Below, piece by piece: positions 11,137 to 18,818 of a stretch of DNA of 64,000 nt; position 1 is the stretch's first letter, and each line of letters opens with the position of its first letter. The notes below the pieces were generated by a model. It worked only from the letters and a program-made list of their open reading frames with translations. It had not been told where the DNA came from and searched no databases. The DNA comes from Clostridia bacterium (GTDB lineage Bacteria; Bacillota; Clostridia; Oscillospirales; CAG-272), in contig JAFQVV010000027.1 in the NCBI GenBank assembly GCA_017407835.1, forward strand, positions 3,414 to 67,413, given 5' to 3'. The translations under genes were made by a program, and so were the position numbers.

Positions 11137-11970
11137 ATGGAACAGGCTAAAATCAAAGCCCTGAAGCAGACCGCCGCCCAGGTGCGTCTCGGTGTGCTTG
11201 AGGCGGTTTTCAGTGCCAGCTCCGGCCATCCCGGCGGCTCGCTCTCGATTACCGATATTCTGACCTATCTCTATTTCGAAGAGATGAACATCGATCCCGC
11301 GAATCCCAAGATGGAGGGGCGCGACCGTCTGGTTCTTTCCAAGGGACATACCGCACCCGCACTGTACTCGGTGCTGGCAAACCGCGGCTACTTTGATGTG
11401 GAACTGCTTAAGACCTTCCGTCAGGTAGACAGTATTCTGCAGGGACATCCCGATATGAAGCACATTCCCGGCGTTGAGATGACCACCGGTTCTCTCGGCC
11501 TTGGTATTTCTGCCGCATGCGGCATGGCACTCGCCGCTAAAATCGACGGCAAGGATTACCGCACCTACGCTATGCTGGGTGACGGCGAGACGCAGGAAGG
11601 TCAGGTTTGGGAGGCACTGATGTTCGGTGCACACTACAAGCTGGACAATCTGTGCATCGTCATCGACTGGAACGGCCTTCAGATCGACGGTCGTATCACC
11701 GATCTTATGAACCCCACGCCCTATGACAAGAAGCTTGAAGCTTTCGGTTGGAACGTGATTTCCATCGACGGTCACGATTTTGAGCAGATCGCCGCTGCAT
11801 TCGATGCTGCCAAGACCTGCAAGGGTAAGCCTACCGCCATCATTGCCACCACCACCAAGGGCAAGGGCGTTTCCTTCATGGAAGATCAGGCTTCCTGGCA
11901 CGGTACCGCACCGAATGCCGAACAGTATGCACAGGCTGTTGCCGAAATCAAGGCATCAGTCGCAGAGTAA
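11137..11970 (+). CDS. Transketolase, N-terminal (TPP-binding) subunit
   Basis: SSGHPGGSLS and GDGETQEGQVWEA motifs. ATG at 11137 sits after AGGAGG. Split-transketolase arrangement. Confidence 0.93.
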   Translation: MEQAKIKALKQTAAQVRLGVLEAVFSASSGHPGGSLSITDILTYLYFEEMNIDPANPKMEGRDRLVLSKGHTAPALYSVLANRGYFDVELLKTFRQVDSILQGHPDMKHIPGVEMTTGSLGLGISAACGMALAAKIDGKDYRTYAMLGDGETQEGQVWEALMFGAHYKLDNLCIVIDWNGLQIDGRITDLMNPTPYDKKLEAFGWNVISIDGHDFEQIAAAFDAAKTCKGKPTAIIATTTKGKGVSFMEDQASWHGTAPNAEQYAQAVAEIKASVAE

Positions 11971-11993
11971 TCACGAAAGGAAGGTATTTGACA

Positions 11994-12938
11994 ATGGCTG
12001 AAAAGATTGCAACCAGAGAGGCCTACGGCAACGCGCTGGCAGAGTTTGGCGAAAAATATCCGAATTTTGTGGTGCTGGATGCTGACCTCGCCGCCGCGAC
12101 CAAGACCGGCGTTTTCAAGAAAAAGTTCCCCGAGCGTTTCTTCGACTGCGGAATTGCTGAGGGCAATATGATGTCGGTGGCAGCAGGTCTTGCCGCTGCC
12201 GGTAAGATTCCCTTCGCTTCCACCTTCGCGATGTTTGCCGCAGGCCGCGCATTTGAGCAGATCCGCAACTCGATCGGTTATCCTCACCTCAATGTAAAGA
12301 TCGGTGCAACCCACGCGGGTATCACCGTCGGCGAGGACGGCGCAACCCATCAGTGCAACGAGGACCTCGCAACCATGCGTTCCATTCCCGGCATGACCAT
12401 CATCAACCCCGCCGACGCCGTTGAGGCGCGCGCTGCGGTTGAGGCTGCCATCAATTATGTCGGCCCTGTATATATGCGCTTTGGACGTCTGGCTATTCCG
12501 GTATTCAATGATGCTGCTACTTACAAGTTTGAGTGGGGCAAGGGTGTTCAGCTGGCCGAGGGTAAGGATGTGACCATCATCGCCACCGGCGTTATGGTTG
12601 ACATGGCGCTCTCCGCTCGTGCAACCCTCGCTGCTGAGGGTATCGATGCTCGCGTCATCAACATCCATACCATCAAGCCCCTTGACCGTGAGATCGTTCT
12701 GGCTGCTGCCCGCGAGACGGGTGCACTGGTCGTCGCTGAGGAGCACAACATCATCGGCGGTCTTGGTTCTGCCGTGGCTGAGTGCCTCTGCGAGGCTTGC
12801 CCCGTGCCCATGATGCGTGTTGGCGTTGAGGATACCTTCGGCCGTTCCGGCAAGGTTCCCGCGCTCCTTGAGTACTACGGCCTGACTCCCGCAAACATTG
12901 TGGCAAAGGCTAAGGCTGCCATTGCACTCAAGAAATAA
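11994..12938 (+). CDS. Transketolase, C-terminal (pyrimidine-binding) subunit
   Basis: Sequence FFDCGIAEGNMMSVAAGLA and so on. ATG at 11994 follows GAAAGGAAGG. Confidence 0.93.
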   Translation: MAEKIATREAYGNALAEFGEKYPNFVVLDADLAAATKTGVFKKKFPERFFDCGIAEGNMMSVAAGLAAAGKIPFASTFAMFAAGRAFEQIRNSIGYPHLNVKIGATHAGITVGEDGATHQCNEDLATMRSIPGMTIINPADAVEARAAVEAAINYVGPVYMRFGRLAIPVFNDAATYKFEWGKGVQLAEGKDVTIIATGVMVDMALSARATLAAEGIDARVINIHTIKPLDREIVLAAARETGALVVAEEHNIIGGLGSAVAECLCEACPVPMMRVGVEDTFGRSGKVPALLEYYGLTPANIVAKAKAAIALKK

Positions 12939-12949
12939 ATTGATGCCAA

Positions 12950-12991
12950 ATGGGTGTCACGCGGCTGCGTGACACCCATTTTTGCTTTTTT
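12950..12991 (+). terminator. Rho-independent terminator (ATGGGTGTCACGC/GCGTGACACCCAT + T-run)
   Basis: 13-bp stem, GGCT loop, followed by TTTTTGCTTTTTT. Confidence 0.85.
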
Positions 12992-13072
12992 GGACATGGT
13001 GTGTTGGGGTAGGGAAGGGAATCGATTATCTTCTTCGTTTTTTCATTATAGAGGAGAAAATGTCAAAATATC

Positions 13073-13101
13073 TTGCAAAATATCCATGAAAGTGGTATAA
13101 T
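13073..13101 (+). promoter_or_regulatory. Promoter TTGCAA-17-TATAAT for paaK-iorAB
   Basis: Read directly. It lies inside the N-terminal extension of the track ORF, which supports the downstream ATG at 13133. Confidence 0.7.
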
Positions 13102-13132
13102 GGACAAAATACAAAAAAGCGAGGCAGCTGCA

Positions 13133-14434
13133 ATGCATTTTTTTCAGCGAGACATTGAAACGATGCCGCGTCGGGAGATCGAAGCGATCCAGCTCGAGCG
13201 GCTTCGTCATTTGGTCGATTATGTAGACCGCAATGTACCGTTCTATCACAAACGCCTGGCCCAGGCCGGTGTGACAGCGGATAAGATCAAGACGCTGTCG
13301 GATATCCAGTACATTCCCTATACGACCAAGGCCGATATTCGTGATACATATCCCTTCGGTCTTTTCGCCGTTGACCGCAAGAAGATCGTGCGTATTCACG
13401 CGTCGTCGGGGACCACCGGCAAGCCCACAGTAGTGGGCTATACCAAGCAGGATCTGGAGACCTGGAGCGAGTGTGTCGCCCGTCTGACCATGGCGGCAGG
13501 TGCCACCGAGGACGATATCGTGCAGATCTGTTTCGGCTATGGGCTCTTCACGGGTGCGCTGGGTTTGCACTACGGACTGGAGAAGATCGGCGCCACGGTG
13601 GTTCCGTCCTCATCAGGCAACACCGAGAAGCAGATCATGCTCATGAAGGATTTCGGCACCTCCGCGCTGGTTTCCACCCCCTCCTATGCTTACTACATCT
13701 CTGAGGTGGCAAGGGACATCGGTATTGATCCCCGCACTCTCAATGTGCGCCTCGGTCTCTTCGGCTCGGAGGGCTGCACGGTTGAGCTGCGCGAGAAGAT
13801 CGAGCAGGCGTGGAATCTCTTTGCCACCGACAACTATGGCATGAGCGAGCTCATGGGACCCGGCGTCTCTGGCGAGTGCCGTGAGCGCTGTGGTATGCAC
13901 TTTGCTGAGGATCACTTCCTGCCCGAGATTATCAATCCCGAAACGGGCGAGGTTCTGCCTCGCGGCGAGCAGGGTGAGCTGGTGGTGACCACTCTCACCA
14001 AGGAGGGCATTCCTCTCCTGCGCTACCGTACCAAGGATATTACCCGCATCCATTACGATACCTGCGCCTGCGGACGCACGCACGCGCGCATGGAAAAACC
14101 GACCGGCCGCAGTGATGATATGCTCAAGATCAAGGGTGTCAACGTCTTCCCGAGCCAGATTGAGAGCGTGCTGATCGCCATTCCGCAGGTTGGCGCGAAC
14201 TATCAGATTGTGCTGGGCACCAAGAACTACATGGACACCTTCGAGATCAACATTGAGGTGACCGATGCGGCGCTGCTTGACCACTTCGGCGAGCTGGAGA
14301 AGCTGCAGAAGCTGGTGCATCACAAGCTGCAGACGGTTCTGGGGTTGGATGCGAAGATCAATCTGGTGCAGCCCCGCTCGCTGGAGCGCTTCCAGGGCAA
14401 GGCAAAGCGGGTAATTGATAATCGTGTGCGATGA
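13133..14434 (+). CDS. paaK: Phenylacetate-CoA ligase family protein (PaaK-like adenylate-forming enzyme)
   Basis: Sequence IETMPRREIEAIQLERLRHLV..., AMP-binding motif SSGTTGKPTVV, and C-terminal KAKRVIDNR are typical of the PaaK family. Start chosen downstream of the promoter. Confidence 0.88.
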   Translation: MHFFQRDIETMPRREIEAIQLERLRHLVDYVDRNVPFYHKRLAQAGVTADKIKTLSDIQYIPYTTKADIRDTYPFGLFAVDRKKIVRIHASSGTTGKPTVVGYTKQDLETWSECVARLTMAAGATEDDIVQICFGYGLFTGALGLHYGLEKIGATVVPSSSGNTEKQIMLMKDFGTSALVSTPSYAYYISEVARDIGIDPRTLNVRLGLFGSEGCTVELREKIEQAWNLFATDNYGMSELMGPGVSGECRERCGMHFAEDHFLPEIINPETGEVLPRGEQGELVVTTLTKEGIPLLRYRTKDITRIHYDTCACGRTHARMEKPTGRSDDMLKIKGVNVFPSQIESVLIAIPQVGANYQIVLGTKNYMDTFEINIEVTDAALLDHFGELEKLQKLVHHKLQTVLGLDAKINLVQPRSLERFQGKAKRVIDNRVR

Positions 14435-14437
14435 GAG

Positions 14438-14507
14438 TTGGGGCTTTGCCCCAAACCCCACAAGGAAAACTTTTTGAAAAAAGTTTTCCTTGACCTTTCA
14501 AAAACTT
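14438..14507. repeat. Structured intergenic repeat, type 1, copy A (two hairpins)
   Basis: TTGGGGC-TTT-GCCCCAA, then the 32-nt palindrome CAAGGAAAACTTTTTGAAAAAAGTTTTCCTTG, then CAAAAACTT. Collinear with 30662-30733. Confidence 0.8.
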
Positions 14508-14534
14508 TATAACTTACATAAGGAAGTACAGATC

Positions 14535-16277
14535 ATGAAACAATTGATGTTGGGCAACGAGGCGGTGGCCCGCGGCCTTTGGGAGGCAGGGGTACGGTTG
14601 GTATCCAGCTATCCCGGGACGCCGAGCACCGAGATTACTGAGTTCGCCGCAAAATATGAGCAGGATATTTACGCCGAGTGGGCGCCCAATGAGAAGGTGG
14701 CGCTTGAAGTCGCGCTGGGTGCGGCTATCGGCGGTGGAAGATCCTTCTGCGCCATGAAGCACGTCGGTTTGAACGTGGCGGCAGATCCGCTGTTTGTATC
14801 GGCGTACACCGGGGTCAACGGCGGTATGCTGATCGCTGTTGCCGACGACCCGGGGATGCATTCCTCCCAGAATGAGCAGGACAGCCGGCATTACGCGATT
14901 GCCGCCAAGCTCCCCATGCTGGAGCCCTCCGACTCGGCGGATTGCCTGAATTTTACGAAGGCGGCATATGCGCTGTCCGAGCAGTTTGATACCCCCGTTT
15001 TGCTTCGCACCTCCACCCGTGTGGCGCATTCGCAGAGCGTGGTCGAGCTGTCGGACAGAGAAGAGGTTCCGGTGCGTGACTATGTGAAGGATCCCTCCAA
15101 GTATGTCATGATGCCCGCCTATGCCCGTGGCCGTCATGTCACGGTGGAGAAGCGTCTGGCTGCCCTGCGGGAATTTGCCGAGACCACCGAGCTCAACCGC
15201 ATCGAGCGCGGCACCGACAACAAGATCGGTATCATCACCGCCGGTACCTGCTACAACTACGCCCGCGAGTGCTTCGGCGACAGCGTTTCCTACCTCAAAC
15301 TGGGCTTGGTCAACCCCATGCCCGCCAAGAAGATTTTGGACTTCGCCGCGTCTGTTGAGCGGGTGATCGTCATTGAGGAGCTGGACGAGGTGATCGAGTC
15401 CTACTGCCGCGCGCTGGGGATTGCCGTTGACGGGCACAACATTCTGCCTAACATTGGCGAGTATTCCACCGAGCTGCTGGCCGAGAAGCTTTTGGGCAAG
15501 GTGCCCGAGTTTGACGTGCTGGAGGATGCCATTCCTCCCCGTCCCCCCGTGCTTTGCTCCGGATGCCCCCACCGCGGTGTGTTCTATGTGCTCTCCAAGC
15601 TTAAGCTTTATGTCAGTGGCGATATCGGTTGCTATACCTTGGGCGCCGGTCAGCCCCTTTGCGCCATGGATACCACCCTCTGCATGGGTGCCTCCATCTC
15701 GGCCCTTCATGGCTTCAACAAGGTCCGTGGGGAAGAGAACAAGTCGGTTGCCATTATCGGTGACTCTACCTTCATGCACTCCGGTATGACCGGTCTTGTG
15801 GATATCACCTACAACCAGGGCAAGTCCACTGTGATCGTGGTGGACAACTCCATCACCGGTATGACCGGTCACCAGCAGAACCCCTGCACCGGTCTGACCC
15901 TGCAGAACAAGCCCACTTATGCCGTTTCCATCGAGGCCATCTGCGCCGCTGCCGGCATTGCCGACGAGCACATCCGCGTGGTGGATCCCTACGATCTGGG
16001 CGAGGTGGAGCGTGTGCTCAAGGAAGAGCTGGCCGCTGAGTGCCCCTCGGTGATCATCTGCCGCCGTCCCTGCGCACTGCTCAAGTACGTCAAGGCTAAG
16101 CCGGCGCCCCGCGTGGATGCCGACAAGTGCCGCAGCTGCCGCGCCTGTATGAAGATCGGCTGCCCCTGCATTTCCATGCAGAACGGCAAGGCCGTTATCG
16201 ATGCCGCCCTCTGCGTGGGCTGTGGCGTGTGTAAACAGCTGTGCAAATTCGATGCGATCGGAGGTGCAGACGCATGA
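14535..16277 (+). CDS. iorA: Indolepyruvate:ferredoxin oxidoreductase alpha subunit (TPP + 2x[4Fe-4S])
   Basis: MKQLMLGNEAVARG N-terminus, TPP motif GDSTFMHSG, and C-terminal CxxCxxCxxxC ferredoxin clusters. ATG at 14535 follows AAGGAAG. Confidence 0.92.
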   Translation: MKQLMLGNEAVARGLWEAGVRLVSSYPGTPSTEITEFAAKYEQDIYAEWAPNEKVALEVALGAAIGGGRSFCAMKHVGLNVAADPLFVSAYTGVNGGMLIAVADDPGMHSSQNEQDSRHYAIAAKLPMLEPSDSADCLNFTKAAYALSEQFDTPVLLRTSTRVAHSQSVVELSDREEVPVRDYVKDPSKYVMMPAYARGRHVTVEKRLAALREFAETTELNRIERGTDNKIGIITAGTCYNYARECFGDSVSYLKLGLVNPMPAKKILDFAASVERVIVIEELDEVIESYCRALGIAVDGHNILPNIGEYSTELLAEKLLGKVPEFDVLEDAIPPRPPVLCSGCPHRGVFYVLSKLKLYVSGDIGCYTLGAGQPLCAMDTTLCMGASISALHGFNKVRGEENKSVAIIGDSTFMHSGMTGLVDITYNQGKSTVIVVDNSITGMTGHQQNPCTGLTLQNKPTYAVSIEAICAAAGIADEHIRVVDPYDLGEVERVLKEELAAECPSVIICRRPCALLKYVKAKPAPRVDADKCRSCRACMKIGCPCISMQNGKAVIDAALCVGCGVCKQLCKFDAIGGADA

Positions 16278-16849
16278 ATATTATGATCGTAGGCGTAGGC
16301 GGACAGGGCTCGCTCCTGGCCAGCCGCATTCTCGGCCGTGCCGCTCTTGATGCCGGCTACGCAGTCAAAGTATCCGAGGTCCACGGCATGTCCCAGCGAG
16401 GCGGCTCTGTGGTGACCTATGTGAAATACGGTGAGACGGTGGATGCTCCCCTGATCTGCCGGGGTGAAGCCGATGTAATTCTCAGCTTCGAGCAGCTGGA
16501 GGCTGCCCGTTGGCTGCCTTATCTGCGCCGCGGCGGTACTGTGGTGACCTCCACCCAGTCCATCAATCCCATGCCCGTGGTGACGGGGGCGTCGGTTTAT
16601 CCCGACGCGCTGGTGGAGAAGATCGCGGCTAAGGGCGTGCGGATCATTGCCGCAGATACCCTGGCCATTGCCCGCGAAGCAGGCAGTGAGAAGGCCGCCA
16701 ATGTGGCGCTCATCGGCCTGGCCGGCCAGGTGCTTGGCTTTAGTGATGAAGCAATCCGTGCTGCCATTACGGCCTGCGTTCCCCCGAAGTTTACCGAGGT
16801 CAACCTGAAGGCCTATTCCCTTGGTGCTGAGAATGCCGCTGCTCTGTAA
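16274..16849 (+). CDS. iorB: Indolepyruvate:ferredoxin oxidoreductase beta subunit
   Basis: MNIMIVGVGGQGSLLASRILG N-terminus. ATGA overlap with the iorA stop. Confidence 0.9.
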   Translation: MNIMIVGVGGQGSLLASRILGRAALDAGYAVKVSEVHGMSQRGGSVVTYVKYGETVDAPLICRGEADVILSFEQLEAARWLPYLRRGGTVVTSTQSINPMPVVTGASVYPDALVEKIAAKGVRIIAADTLAIAREAGSEKAANVALIGLAGQVLGFSDEAIRAAITACVPPKFTEVNLKAYSLGAENAAAL

Positions 16850-16919
16850 ATTTTGCAGAGTTTCGGCAAAGAAGCTGCCTGTCAGATCAAATCATCTCCC
16901 AAAATGTTTTATGCTTCCC

Positions 16920-16948
16920 TTGACGGGAAAAGCGCGATTTGATATAAT
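16920..16948 (+). promoter_or_regulatory. Promoter TTGACG-17-TATAAT for the ACT-domain gene
   Basis: Read directly. Confidence 0.65.
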
Positions 16949-17013
16949 ACAATCAGAAGATTGCTCCGCCCTTTGCGGTTTGAGCTTGTCTGATCAAATT
17001 TAGGAGGAACGGT

Positions 17014-17421
17014 ATGATTACGAAACAGATCTCGATTTTCATTGAAAACAGACGCGGCCGCCTGTCCGAGGTAACCGATATTATTGCGCAGAACGGCATC
17101 AATATTCGTGTACTGTCTGTGGCTGATACCACCAGTTTTGGTATTCTGCGTCTTATTGTTGATGATCCCGAGCGTCTGGAGACCATTCTGCGTGAGAACA
17201 GTATCACCGCTTCAATTACTTCGGTGCTCTCTGTCTGCATTGCCAATAAGCCCGGCGGATTGGTTGCCCTTCTGCGCCTGCTTGAGGATATTCAGATTGA
17301 GTATATGTATACCTACATTTCGCAGGAAGGTGACGATGCCTGCATTATTCTGCGTGTCGACCGCAATGAAGAGGCGGTAGCGCGCTTGACCGAGGCCGGC
17401 TATCACGGGCCTAAGATGTAA
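17014..17421 (+). CDS. ACT-domain protein (tandem ACT, small regulatory protein)
   Basis: 135 aa with two ACT-like beta-alpha-beta-beta-alpha-beta halves (ISIFIENRRGRLSEVTDIIAQNGINI; LSVCIANKPGGLVALLRLLED). Its position after paaK-iorAB matches my recollection of a recurrent arrangement in anaerobes. Confidence 0.8.
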   Translation: MITKQISIFIENRRGRLSEVTDIIAQNGINIRVLSVADTTSFGILRLIVDDPERLETILRENSITASITSVLSVCIANKPGGLVALLRLLEDIQIEYMYTYISQEGDDACIILRVDRNEEAVARLTEAGYHGPKM

Positions 17422-17430
17422 TGTGTAAGA

Positions 17431-17458
17431 GGATGCCGTTTTTGCACGGCATCCTTTT
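17431..17458 (+). terminator. Rho-independent terminator (GGATGCCGT/ACGGCATCC + TTTT)
   Basis: 9-bp stem 10 nt after the ACT gene stop. Confidence 0.8.
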
Positions 17459-17551
17459 GCTTTTTGAAAAAAATTTGCCGGCAGGGAACAATTTCGCTTT
17501 TTTTGCGTCTAATATACCAAGGATTTTTGACAGAAAAGGAGGATTTTCTCA

Positions 17552-18661
17552 ATGCGTCGATGGATTTCCCTTTGTTTGCTTGTACTTTTGCTTGCCGCCT
17601 GTGCACCGGTTGAGCAGAATCCCCCCGTGGACGGGGAGAGCATACCTCCCGTTACCACCGAGCCCGTGACCGATGCGCCCATAACTGAGGAGACATCCCC
17701 CATGACCACCACTGACTCTTTGACCATTACCCCCGTTACCACCGCCGCCCCCGAGACGACCACCCCCATCAACTGGGACAAAACGCTGGAGAAGTTCTTC
17801 GCTGAGCAGTTTGGAGAGGACAAAGCCGAGCCCAAAGCGGTGGAGATCCCCCGGGATGTGCTGTGGGATGGCTCCTTCTATACGCCGGGGAATTGTACCG
17901 GATTCACGGTGGAGGAGGGCAACACCGCCTACTGTGCCGTGGACGGCGTCCTTTATTCCGCGGATATGACCCGCCTGGTGGCCTATCCGGTTGCCTCTGA
18001 CGCGACCTCCTTCACCGTGCCCGACTCGGTGAAGAACATCTCGCAGGGCGCATTTGCCGGCAGCCGCAATCTTACCCGGGTGGAGCTGCCCGATGGGTTG
18101 GAGATCATCGGAACATTTGCCTTCGGCTATTGCCAGGCCCTCACTGAGATCCGCCTGCCGAACAGTCTTACCGAGATCTGGTCCATGGCCTTCAAGGATT
18201 GCGATGCCCTGACCATGGTGGCCATCCCCGGCAGTGTCACTTATCTTGGTGCGGCGGCCTTTTACTGCTGTGACAGCCTGACTACCGCCATTATCGGCGA
18301 GGGTGTCACCACCATAGAGCATAATGCCTTTGCCGACTGCCCCTCCCTGACCATGTTGATGATCCCCGGCACGGTGGAACGGATCCACGGCTATTACTAC
18401 GGGCATGAGCCCTTCAAAGATTCCCCCTGGTTCGCGTCCCAGACCGATGAGTTCGTCATCGTAGGCGACGGCGTTCTGATCGCCTACAACGGTACCGCCA
18501 CCGACGTGGTGCTCCCCGCCGAAGTCAAATCCATTGCCGGCGGCATTGTCTGGCCCGATACGGTGAAGTTCATCACCATGCCCAAAGCCATGTACGATCA
18601 GCTCTACACCATGCCCCACTGCCTCAATACCGCCGAGATCACCATTATCCCGGTGGAATAA
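17552..18661 (+). CDS. BspA-type leucine-rich-repeat surface lipoprotein
   Basis: Lipobox LLLAAC, T/P-rich linker, then repeated units of about 23 aa (IPxSVTxIGxxAFxxCxxLTxI) typical of LRR_5/BspA proteins. Confidence 0.85.
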   Translation: MRRWISLCLLVLLLAACAPVEQNPPVDGESIPPVTTEPVTDAPITEETSPMTTTDSLTITPVTTAAPETTTPINWDKTLEKFFAEQFGEDKAEPKAVEIPRDVLWDGSFYTPGNCTGFTVEEGNTAYCAVDGVLYSADMTRLVAYPVASDATSFTVPDSVKNISQGAFAGSRNLTRVELPDGLEIIGTFAFGYCQALTEIRLPNSLTEIWSMAFKDCDALTMVAIPGSVTYLGAAAFYCCDSLTTAIIGEGVTTIEHNAFADCPSLTMLMIPGTVERIHGYYYGHEPFKDSPWFASQTDEFVIVGDGVLIAYNGTATDVVLPAEVKSIAGGIVWPDTVKFITMPKAMYDQLYTMPHCLNTAEITIIPVE

Positions 18662-18665
18662 AAAG

Positions 18666-18702
18666 AAGCCGCGTGCTGAAATCACAGCACGCGGCTTGTT
18701 TT
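18666..18702 (+). terminator. Rho-independent terminator (13-bp stem AAGCCGCGTGCTG/CAGCACGCGGCTT + GTTTT)
   Basis: Read directly, 5 nt after the LRR gene stop. Confidence 0.85.
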
Positions 18703-18761
18703 ATGTGCCTTTCACAGAAAAGAGAATACATATTTGTGAAAGTTTTCGCGGGGAAGGGGGT

Positions 18762-18805
18762 GCGGGGGAGGGGGTGCCTTTTTCAAAAGGCTCCCCCTCC
18801 CCCGC
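18762..18805. repeat. Structured intergenic repeat, type 2 (21-nt G-rich/C-rich arms around CTTTTTCAAAAG)
   Basis: GCGGGGGAGGGGGTGCCTTTT-TC-AAAAGGCTCCCCCTCCCCCGC with a single T/T mismatch. It has the same ends and core as 30777-30811. It lies just past the 3' end of the minus-strand topoisomerase gene. Confidence 0.75.
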
Positions 18806-18818
18806 GTAAATTAAACAT

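Noticed and set aside
11107-12746. Minus-strand ORFs of 264 aa and 286 aa
   Set aside because: Antisense to the two transketolase subunit genes.
14514-15971. 485-aa minus-strand ORF, plus smaller ORFs at 15121-15789
   Set aside because: Antisense or out-of-frame within iorA. G/A/H-rich translation typical of GC-rich shadow frames.
17549-18685. 378-aa minus-strand ORF
   Set aside because: Antisense to the LRR lipoprotein gene, which has a lipobox, repeats, an RBS and a terminator.
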